From the NCBI GenBank assembly GCA_021432655.1, contig MU271399.1:1-41589 (forward strand): a stretch of DNA of 41,589 nucleotides, in the 5' to 3' direction. The position numbers and the translations under genes are program-made. Source of the DNA: Atractiella rhizophila (lineage: Eukaryota). Every line of letters starts with the position of its first letter. Position 1 is the stretch's first letter. The notes beneath the pieces were generated by a model, which was not told the DNA's origin, made no database searches, and was given only the letters and a program-made list of their open reading frames with translations. This document shows positions 1 to 9,968 of this stretch, piece by piece.

Positions 1-63
1 AGAAGGCTGGTGCTGAGAGAAGGAAAGAGGACGACCAGAGCCATATTGCGACTATTGGACATC

Positions 64-1793
64 ATGAGCACATCAACGCGTCCGAAGAGGCGCAGGTTTG
101 AAAGCAACACCTCGACTAGAGCAGCCTCTGCGGAGGTGGTGGATCCTGCAGAACACGCTCGTTCCAATGTTGGCTTGGGGAAGGGGAAGACTGTCGAAGG
201 GACTGCATTGCCTGGAGTGATCACTGAGAATCCTGTCCGCGATGCAGCAGTCGCAGAGGATGCGATTATGAAGGAAATCGATGACCATAACAGAATTTGG
301 GAGGGTTTGATGGAGAACCACTCTGACAGTACGTAATCCAATTCTTCCTTCTCAGGGGAATGGGTTCTTAGGAATGTGGCAGGCATCAACGATCTGCCGC
401 TCGAGGTTAGACGGTGCTTCGTCCTGTTAGCTGACTTGGAGAACAAAAGACACCGTGCGCCACAACATTTGTCAGAAAGTGCGCTGCCCAGTTGACAAGC
501 GTCCTTAGTGGCTCATGAGACTTTGAAGCACAACCTCCTTCGACTTGCTCAATTCCTTGAAATTCGGAAAGCGACTGACCTAGAACGCAAGGAACCCTTC
601 AGCTTTGACGAAGTCCTAGATCTGCCTGACCTCAAAGAAGGAATTACTACTGCCAAGAACAACGCTCTCAGCTTGCTCATAACGGTAGCTCAAGGTGGGA
701 ACATCCTAGTTGGAAGAGTTGCACTTACCGAAGCAAATGATTCAGATTCTCCCGCCCTGTTGATAGATACTGCTCCATCTGTGCCGAAACTCGACGAAGT
801 TCCCCATCGTGCCTCTTCACCTGGAGGCACCAGTCACACATCTCTGGATTTTGTGCGGGTTGAGCATCGACCAGCTGTGCCTCTACAGGGTCAACATAAG
901 GGAGATCAAGTCACACAACAGGATTTCCAGGATAGTCGAAGCGAAAACGAAACCTCCGCACAGCAGGTCTTGGAGCCTCCTTTGACGGATCAGCAGGTGA
1001 CTCAAGAAGGTGAGAACCGAGGAGAACCAGCTTCAACGGTACAGGACAAAGCGTCTGCCCTCTCGCGCGATACACGTGTCGAAAGCAAGCTGGAAGAAGG
1101 TGGACCTTCCCCCACCATTGGAGCCACTGCCAGTGACCCTGCTGTGCCCGCTGAGCAACCAGTCCAGTCGTCAGACAGCGGTCTCCTCATCCCCTCAGCA
1201 AGAGTGCAAGACAAGTCACCCTCACCCGCTTCTGCTACTTACGCCCCCTTCTCGGTCATGCCTGTGCCGAACCCCTACGATACCTTTCATCCGCCGTCAG
1301 AAGAAACCCTCCGTTCCATCCTTCAGTCCATTGCTCGTTCTTCCCGCGGCTTAGTTCGATGTACAGAAGAGAAGATAACGATGGAAAAAGGGCTCCGAGA
1401 GATTGTCGAACGGTCTCTTCAACGGTTGGGGGACGATATCGAAAGGATGGGTACAGGCCGCCCTCCTCGTAACTCTGTCACTTCGAGCAGTAGGAAAAAG
1501 CAGAAGAAGACGGCAACGACGACGAGCGATGCACATCCAGATGGTGCGGATGACGTGTTGTACTGCCATTGCCGTAGACCAAGTTTCGGAAACATGGTCG
1601 CTTGTGATGGCCAGGATTGCGAGATTGAATGGGTGTGTAGCTTCCCACGCTGTCTCCCAAACTCATTGGTGTCCAGTACCACCTCTCTTGCGTAAACCTC
1701 GACAAAGGCCCTCAAGGACTTTGGTACTGCGATATCTGCTCTGCTAAACAAGAAGGTGGTCGCACGAGCAAGAAGAGGAGAAAAGGTTCATGA
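64..1793 (+). CDS. ING-family (inhibitor of growth; Yng/Pho23-like) chromatin reader with C-terminal PHD finger
   Basis: Spliced model: ATG 64, introns 329-382, 454-508 and 1633-~1676, stop TGA 1791-1793. N-terminal ING helix [24 protein letters not shown] finger [45 protein letters not shown]; basic NLS-like tracts (SRKKQKK, KKRRK). Confidence 0.9.
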
Positions 1794-1970
1794 CAGCAAT
1801 TATGAAGGATCGAGCAAGTTGGCTTTTCCTACATTTCGCCCATGTTCCCGTGCTTCAATGTAGACAGTAACTGTCGTCTGTGCTGCTGGGTAATGCTCTC
1901 TGGAAGCTTCAATTTAGTGTAACATTGACAACAAACATGCTCTGCAGTTACTTCTTGAACCAACCCACAT

Positions 1971-3004
1971 CTAAATCTCGTTCCTCCTCGACCAGAAATA
2001 TCTAATCGTCTCTTCCAACCCACTTTCAACACTCCATTTAGCTTGCCAGTCTAGAAGTTCTTTAGCGCGGTTAGTGTTCGGTTTTCGTTTAGGTGGGTCG
2101 TCTACCGCCTCGTCGACGTGAGTCTTCGTCGCAAGGTTCTTGGGAAAGTTTGGAATAACGCGAGATCACATTCGACCATGTACTCATTGACGACATCGTG
2201 TCGCCTTGTCGGCAAGTAAGATCGCTCTGATGGTACGGACAACGAAAGAGACGGCTAACCGGAGCTCAAAGTTGGGATGCCCGCTGCAACAAGGTGCACG
2301 AATCAGCGAGAAACCTAGAAGCAGAGAGATCACTCACACCCAATGAGAAACCGCTGAGCGTCGTCCTGAGAAGAAATTATCCACCACTACGACTTCATGT
2401 CCGCTCAGCATTAGCTTGCCTAAAGGAAAGGAAACGATAAGTATAAATACCAAGAACTATTTTGAGGACAACAAGGGGGACAAATGGCTTGTCTTCTGGA
2501 CAAATCGAGCTCGCCAGATGTAGCACTTCGCAGTGAAATATCACTGCTCATTCTCTCTCCCATGCAATAAAATAATGGCCAAACACTCATCTATCGACTA
2601 AGTGGCTTCCCACAAAACCGGCGCCACCAGTAACCACAATTCTCTTCCTCTCCTTCATCGGCACGAATCTGACAGGCATGTAATTGGTGGTAGTCGGGAT
2701 ATAAGTGAATCCAATCTTCTTCCTCTCCTCCTTCTCCTCCTGCTCCTCCTCCGTAACCTCGATCGAAGGATTAGGCGAATGCGTTCTAGTGGACGGAGGC
2801 TCCGTCCATCTTGGACTTAAATATAGTGATTGGAGCGTCTCGAGCGCAACGTAGGAGTTCTTCGACACTGATTCAGGATGGTAGACACCTATCCAATCGT
2901 TCAAAAGCTTCATTCAGCTCCTGCATCCCATTCCTCATTGTGAGAGGCGTACCTACTGACTTGATCTCGTTTCCCTACTTGTCTTTTGCTACGAAGCGCT
3001 GCAT
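1971..3004 (-). pseudogene. UXS1: UDP-glucuronate decarboxylase (UDP-xylose synthase) copy with internal deletion; probable pseudogene
   Basis: Exons read KRIVVTGGAGFVGSHLVDR | LMLSGHEVVVVDNFFSGRRSAVSHWV | GHPNFELR | RHDVVNEYMVECD. They then jump out of frame near 2164 to the C-terminal DDPPKRKPNTNRAKELLDWQAKWSVESGLEETIRYF (stop 1971-1973). The central catalytic region is absent, and intron 2590-2416 has AT..AA ends. The start at 3004 is tentative. Confidence 0.85.
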
Positions 3005-3404
3005 GGTTGCGGTTGGAGTTGCCTGAGACCTCTGGAGGTTGATTTTATGAGAGAAACAGGCAAATTGCAGGCAAATTACGAAAGCGTTGGTGGAACAACA
3101 GGTAACCAGCGGCAACAGCGCCATGGAATTTGAAGAATGCGGAACTTGCAACTTGCAACTTCTTCAACAAACGAGAACGTGACTGCAAAGTGTCTTCACA
3201 CTGCTCGAGAGGTCCCTGCAGAACCAAAGCACTATTCTATGGGCCCAACGTTCAATTTCAACGATACTTGTTGTGAGGGTCCATCTAGTCTCTACAGTCG
3301 CTCCTTATGTGCAATTGCCCCAAATCAAACAACGTCTAACTCTCCCAAGGAGAAACCACAAGAGAAATGTACAGAGAAAGAACGAATGACAACATGATAC
3401 TAGA

Positions 3405-4521
3405 CTAGACGCACTGCCCGTCTTTGAGAAGGAAACCATCTTGACAGCGGAGAGCAACGCAAGAACCAGCTTCACATCCCACGCCACGAGCGTGAGAGGT
3501 CGTGAGGGTGCGATCGAAGGCAGAGCCACACCCTCCACGCGAGGAGACAGAAGTGTTCAACTGTTCCATCCACAATTATCACCGTCAGCTTTGTTAAGAG
3601 TAAGGAAAAGGATGGAGAGGAAGGCGTTTCGATACATTCAAATCCGCCGCTCATGAGAGGACAAGCCGTCTCTGACATGGGACACTGAGATTCGCGCTGG
3701 GATAGGAGGCTCTGAGCGAGTTCACGAACGCGAAGGCGAGCTCCGGACGATGGAGGCAGGGTGCATCTTTGGGCGAGTCAGCCGTCGATTCTAGGAAGGA
3801 GACACAAGGACTACTTGAACTTGTTGTGCACACTAGGGACTTTGCCGTGTGGACAAGCACAGGCACCACTATTACGGTGTGGCACAGATCAGATTAGATA
3901 GGAGACATGAGGAGACGACAAACTTTGTGACTTTCAAATCACCTTTACACTATCGCCCCGGTAACGATGAGATGACGGTTGCGGAAGGACGAAGCTCACC
4001 CAAAGACCGCAACCTGTTCCCCCTGGTGCTCGACGGCTAAAACGGATAGAGGGAAGGGAAGGCCAACCTTGGTTATCTGCGCAAACCGCAAATCCAGTAG
4101 TAGGATCAGTCGGAGTGGACATATGTCCCATTTGTTGCTCCGTTCGATTTCGAGATCCGTCTTGCAAGCTCATTTGCCGGTCCTATTACAACACGTCAGA
4201 ATCTAGATTGGTCTCAAAGGCAGAGGAATAAACCCACCTCCAATTGAGAGCGAACTCCTTTTCATTCTGTTCCCGACAAAGCAATGTAAGAATAAAATAA
4301 ATGAGTGGAAGGAAAGGGGAAACGAACTGGACAGGAAGCTTGAACACGTTTAGTCAACTGGTGGCCGGAGCTACGTATTCAGTAAAACTGGAAGCATCCA
4401 TAGCTCTCCCTTCGTAACGTGAGATGGAACGAGATTGGAATGAACATTTCCTAAGGGCCGAAGAAGAGGAGAAAGGAGGCAGAGCTAAAAGGCGTGTGGA
4501 GAGAAACTTGGAGGAAATCAT
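3405..4521 (-). CDS. Cys-rich secreted-type protein with C-terminal CPL1/PriA-like domain; possibly degenerate/pseudogene
   Basis: Many short exons read CKGDLKVTN|GACACPHGK..FK|CTLPPSSGARLRVRELAQSLLSQRESQCPMSETACPLMSGGFECIET..SRGGCGSAFDR..GVGCEAGSCVALRCQDGFLLKDGQCV*. This fits the basidiomycete CPxxxTACP..GGFEC..SCGGC..DC..C..G.C....C..G..L...C pattern. I could not join all exons in frame; the 5' end (ATG 4521) is tentative. Confidence 0.7.
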
Positions 4522-5685
4522 CTTGATATTTTATTAGAGGAGGGGTAAGGGAAGGAGTGAGCGGATAAGGATCGCCCGGTTTTGTGATTTTAAAGCGGAA
4601 CAGCGAATTCTTGGAAGGGATTCGAGAAGGAAGAAACGGTCTTTTATACTGTTCTTCCCGGTAGGCTTGCTCACGCTGGGAACAGTTGAGAACGCCTTCC
4701 GATAATGATAACATGTTATCCGACTTAGATATCTTTGGATGTGAATCGTAATCGAATCCAATCGACTGGTGAGAATGTTATTCAGCGATCTCCATGACAA
4801 TCATAATTTTCTCTTCGCTTTCTCTGCGCGTCCTCCACCCTCTGACTGACCTCCAGCGGGGACGAAGGATGCATGGATTTCTGTCGGAGACATGATGAAT
4901 TGGAGCGAGGCCAAGTGAGACATTCCACTTTCCCTCTCTGGATCTCCGAGTCCAGCCACAGTTCTCAAGCTCCCCGTTACTTCGTCCGAGAAGTCTTGTT
5001 GTCCATCGCTCCAAGGGTATTAGCTTAGCAGCTTTGGGCTGCTCTCTGCATGGTGCAACAGAGATTGGCCACCGAAATTAAATGCACAATATGATGGTGA
5101 ATTAAGTAGGAAAACAGAGCAACTCAGGTTGAGGGCGAGCAGGATGAGAAAAGAAGGACGCAAAGAACTGCAAAGTCCTGAAGGCTCTGGTGAATCAAGA
5201 ATAAATACTGTGTCCAAGCTTGCAGGCGTCAATCACGGGCATAATGCTTCAGCCAGGTACATTTTTCTCATCAAAAGTCACTGATGCATTCTTGAAACAA
5301 TCTGTCTCAATAGCATCAACCCATTTGTAGTAAGCCATGACCACGCATTTCGTTAGGGGGAAATCGAAATGATATTTGAATGAATAACAAAGACAATGTG
5401 GATCTCTGTCAAAAGTATCGTAGAAATTAGTCAGTCTAGAGCTTGATGGTTGAATGACGGGTTCATCCTTATTCTAAACCAGTAGCATTATAATTTGCAA
5501 GACACCATTAGGTGAGAATGGGCAGTAAGTGAAAATATAGGCATTCATAATAAGGCTTTTATGGAATTATGGAGGCGGGCATTATGCTAAGCCATCATTA
5601 TTTGAGCTCAACAAACGTGATGGTAGCCTAACCAAGCTCTAATAGCTAACTGAGTGGAGAAATAGAATTCAACACACCAAGTTGA

Positions 5686-6434
5686 TCAACAGTCGAGCTT
5701 CACCTCTGTCTCGCCAACTACATCTGTGAGTTCCTTTTCAAGTAAGCCTTTCATCGTCGACTCGTCCCGCGGATAGAACCACGTCTGCTCCTTGGTGTCA
5801 TAGGAGTATCGCTTTGGTCCGCTATTGCGCCATACATTTGCTTAGCTGATGTGACATGACTCAAGACAATAAGGAGAAAGAAAGGATGAAAGACAAACCT
5901 CACAGGACTCGAGAGCCATATCTCTTTGTTTGGAGGCTGCTTGTTAATAACGTATGTACCTTGCGAGCCTAGCTTTAGGGTGAGGACGCCAGACTGAATC
6001 AAAAGGCAGAGGGTTAGTTCAAGTCCTTCTGATGGGCTTCCTCCGAGGTAATTTCAAACAAAACCAACATCCCATGTTAAGTGTGAGAAGGAGAGCTTAC
6101 CGAATACTCCACCTCCCAATCATCTCCTTGCTGCTCCACCAGCTTCTCTAGACTTTCAGTCAATGAATCCATTGTACCATCAGAAATGTCATGGTATTCG
6201 CGTTCCGAGAGATTTCTGTTCTGCCCATCCCCCAACGCAACCACTAAGCTCACTTTCCTCCACATTCTCGAAGACCATGAAGGCGTGGAACACAAACGCT
6301 TTCTCGTACCACACTGCCTGAAAGCTCTTAAACGATCTCGACTGAAACTTCGTGCGTGTCGTGGAAAGCAGAGCCGGATTGCGTTGGAAGCCAGCATAGC
6401 GCAGATGCCTCGCTGCTCTTGAAATTGTCAACAT
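5686..6434 (-). CDS. YFH1: Mitochondrial frataxin
   Basis: Basic/hydroxylated presequence [12 protein letters not shown].., then [68 protein letters not shown] (frataxin signature). Three GT-AG introns; stop 5686-5688. Confidence 0.95.
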
Positions 6435-6657
6435 TGTCGTTTTGTTTTGCTGGTTTGGTCGGCGGACCCGAGCTTGGACGCGAACATGGGTGTACAAGGA
6501 ATGTGGAAGAAAGATAATAATACGCTCAACAGGAAGTCCGACCAGCAACGTCGCCTAAATAAAGGAGGATATGCCTCTCAGAGCAATGTTCTCTCCACGG
6601 TAGAATCGACCTTTTAAGAGCTGGTTTAGGAAGTGATTGTGGTAAAACCCGGGAGAA
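6435..6657. promoter_or_regulatory. Short divergent intergenic region (likely bidirectional promoter) between frataxin and syntaxin paralog 1
   Basis: Only 223 bp separate the head-to-head ATGs (6434 on -, 6658 on +). Confidence 0.5.
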
Positions 6658-7911
6658 ATGTCGAGAGATAGGCTGGCTGCGTTTCAGGTTCGTCCCTTCG
6701 ACCAATTTCTTTCTGCAGTTGTTGATGTAGGATGCCTTTTGAAGAATCAGGTTTCAACTGGAGTGAATCAGAACCCTCCAATGACCAACGGGACGGATCA
6801 ACCTCATCGTTTGGAAGCTGGAGAAGGAGGACTGGATTTTAATAATGAGGTGAGTTATCCACTCCTTTTCAAAGCTGTTGGGAGCTTTGGAAGAGAATAA
6901 TAGCTCGTGAATGTCTGAATATCTTCTAACTACATTTATTTTAGTTCTCTGTCATTCAAGACCAGAGATCCTCCCTCAGCGGCATGATCCAACAACTGTC
7001 CTCAGCGCTGTCTTCTCCCGATCGTGATCCATCTGCCACAAACCATATTCAACGACTTCAAGAGGCATCTTCTCATTCAGTGAGCGATATCAAAAGCCGT
7101 CTCACTCTGTTAGAGAGCTCTATCGCACGCCTCCCAGCAGGCGATGACAAGAAAGCCCGACTTCAGCAAGCGGCAGCCCTTAAGAACAGGTTCAAGGCCG
7201 TCATCGAGGAATATCAAAAGGAAGAGAAGAAGAACAGAGATAAGTTAAGAGAGAGGATGGAGAGACAGTATAGGATTGTGAAACCTGAGGCGGTGAGTCT
7301 AGAATCCTTTCTCATGAGAGGAAGCTGATGAAGAGCAGACGGACGAGGAAGTGCGGAGTGCCATCGAGGATGGTAGGGGAGATCAGATATTTTCTCAAGC
7401 TGTGAGCACTTCTCCGCATCATCCGCCCACAAGCTAATACTAGCATCAAAGCTTTTGAACTCGAATAGATATGCGGATGCGAAGGGCGCCTACCAAGATG
7501 TCCAAGAAAGGAGAGACGAGATAAAGAGGATCGAACAGAAGATGATCGAACTTGCGCAGCTCGTCAATGAGGTGCGTTCCCTTTTCTCTATCTCAATAAT
7601 GCATGTCCTTACGATCTTACGCAGCTCTCAGTAATGGTCGAGCAGGATGACGAGAAGATAGAGAACATCGATGAGAAGGTGGACAACACAAGTAAAGACA
7701 TGGGAATTGCGTATGTTCCCTCTTCTCCTTAGCCTGATGCTTTACGACCCTTTCTTCTTGTAGGTTGCAGAACGTACAAGAAGCAGTCAAGTCAGCCCGA
7801 AATACGCGCAAGCTGAAACGGTATGCTCTCGGGTGCTTTGTGTTGATACTTGTCATTCTCGCCATCGTCTTGGGAGTGGTATTTGGGCACCATGGGCACC
7901 ATGGGGACTAA
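6658..7911 (+). CDS. Plasma-membrane syntaxin (Sso1/Sso2-like Qa-SNARE), divergent tandem paralog 1
   Basis: MSRDRLAAFQ start; Habc helices; YRIVKPEA|TDEEV..QIFSQA|LLNSNRYADAKGAYQDVQERRDEIKRIEQKMIELAQLVNE|LSVMVEQDDEKIENID; C-terminal TM YALGCFVLILVILAIVLGVVF; stop TAA 7909-7911. Confidence 0.92.
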
Positions 7912-8220
7912 TGCATTGACACGTGCCACTTTCTCTCCATCCGCTATGTCCCTAAGGTGTATGTCAAATCTTGGTCGTTGAAGAACGGACTCTTGGTGTC
8001 ATTGTGTAGTACTGGAGCATGGTTATGCATTGCAACAGATTTATTTGAAGGCAAATGAAAGCTTTGCATCTTCGCTTGCAAGAGTCACTTTTGTGACTCC
8101 GCCCACCGGGACCGCTGACAACGTTTCAGGTGTTCCACCTCTGTTTTCCGTCTCAATCTCTTACTTGAGAGAATCTGCTGTCCCAATAGTCCCTCCCTTT
8201 AAACAAACCGCGGCGCCAAC

Positions 8221-9968
8221 ATGTCCAGAGACAGATTAGCAGGAATCAGGGTTCGTGAAATTCCGCTTTGGTGGGGACTCTACTCACGACAAGAGCAGGC
8301 GCAACAGCAGCCCACCGAGCAGCCCTATGCGCCTCAGCAGGCCGGTGGTTATGGGGGATACGATCAAGATCAGCCCTATGAGCAAGCAAGGCCAGCGGGT
8401 GATGATATGCAAAGCTTTTTCGAGGAGGTTCGTTGTTCCCTTTCTATAACTTCCGTACACTTTATGCTGGGAAATGTGTTGGGAACGCGAATGGCTTTAT
8501 GTTTGTTCCGGAGGGTGGGGGCAGCATGTTCAGCGATTTAGCGTATATGGCCTGTTTTATTCTCTTGCATCCGCCGGGGAGCAGGACCCTTTCACCCTTG
8601 TTCTGTGAAGAAGATGATGAGAAACATTTGCTGGCACCAGTCCTATCCCTTGTGAGGACGTAGCAATTGCAGAATGGCATAATACGCAGCCATTCCTGAT
8701 CTTCACTCCAAGTTTCTGCGATTTACTTTTTCAGTTCTTCCCTCAAGCTGTTAGCACGAACCCTGCAGCAAGGCGAATGGTTGCCCAAAATTGCCTTATT
8801 AGTGGAACAGTGAACCAAAACTCTTGATGGGATCTCTGGGAAGAAAGTAGTTCTCGGCTTCGGTGTGCGGATAGCTCTCCGCTGGGCACCGGAACTACGG
8901 TCAGGATGGACACTGATACCTCTTTTAGATTGGGTCTATTCAAGATGCCATCAAGACTCTCAATGCTAACATCAATCAAATTCAAGAGCTCCACAACCGC
9001 CAACTGACAACTCTCGACTCTGCTGGTGACGCTGGTGATATTTCGGGCCAGCTGCAATCACTCCAAACCTCTACGTCCCGCCTAACGAACAATCTCAAGA
9101 ACAGGATCAAACTCCTTGAGACTGCTACCTCTCGTCTTCCTCCTAGCGGTGACACCAATGTTCGACGAACGCAGGAAGGCGCTGTTAAGAAGAGGTTCAT
9201 GGAAGCCATCCAGAACTATCAAGGCGTCGAGAAGCAGAGCAGGGACAAGTACAGGCAAAGGATGGAGAGGCAATACAGGATCGTCAAACCTGATGCCGTC
9301 AGTTTTCTATCCTCCTGTTGTGAACAACGCCTGAATACTAGGATAGACGGACGCTGAAGTCAAGGCTGCAGTTGAAGGCGGACAAGGAGAACAAGTCTTC
9401 TCGCAAGCCGTCAGTCCATTCTCCCCTTGATATGTGTCACAGAATGCTTACTGGCGCTGCAGTTGATGAACTCGAACAGGTACGGAGATGCCAGAGCTGC
9501 CTATCGTGAGGTGCAAGACAGACATGCCGACATCAAGAAGATCGAACAAACTATCACTGAGCTCGCACAATTGTTCAACGAAATGTCTGTCCTCACTCAA
9601 GAACAAGACGAAAAGATCGTTCAGATTGATCAGCAAGCGGCCACCGTCGAGCAAGATTTGGGCAATGCGTATGATACTTCCTCCTTCTCCTTTTTCTTTT
9701 ATAGTGACCCCTTTGCAGAGAGGGTCAAATCCAGAAGGCAGTCAAGAGCGCTCGTGCTGCCAGGAAGAAGCGATGGATTTGCTTCTTCATCTGCTTGATC
9801 ATCATCGCTGTACGTTGTCGTCCCTCCTGCAGACATTTGGAGCTACTTATGACTGACTCCACTTGCCAGGTTGTCGCCATCGTCCTCGGTGTCCATTTTG
9901 GTTTGTCTCTTCTTCCCCCCTCTCACAATTTAATGGCTCATACTTCTTTCATAACAGGGACCAAGTAG
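8221..9968 (+). CDS. SSO1: Plasma-membrane syntaxin (Sso1/Sso2-like Qa-SNARE), canonical tandem paralog 2
   Basis: MSRDRLAGIR start; ERQYRIVKPDA|TDAEVK..QVFSQA|LMNSNRYGDARAAYREVQDRHADIKKIEQTITELAQLFNEMSVLTQEQDEKIVQID..AVKSARAARKKRWICFFICLIIIA|VVAIVLGVHF|GTK*. Includes a 501-nt intron, 8428-8928. Confidence 0.95.
8605..8706 (+). ncRNA. Intronic box C/D snoRNA, predicted guide for 18S rRNA Gm562 (yeast numbering; human Gm601 equivalent)
   Basis: Box C ATGATGA 8614-8620; box D CTGA 8696-8699; terminal stem GTGAAGA (8605-8611)/TCTTCAC (8700-8706); C'-like GTGAGGA 8652-8658; degenerate D' CCTA 8642-8645. The D' is preceded by TGCTGGCACCAG (8629-8640), the exact complement of conserved 18S CUGGUGCCAGCA. 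Confidence 0.85.

Noticed and set aside
2587..2589. In-frame TGA after GSHLVDR considered as a selenocysteine or readthrough codon
   Set aside because: It lies within the degenerate splice donor ATGAGT; the homologous sequence resumes 175 nt away and no Cys is expected here.
3045..3400. Short plus-strand ORFs, splice-like signals and small repeats (AGGCAAATT x2, CTTGCAA x2) upstream of UXS1
   Set aside because: No coherent gene model; the repeats are too short to be meaningful.
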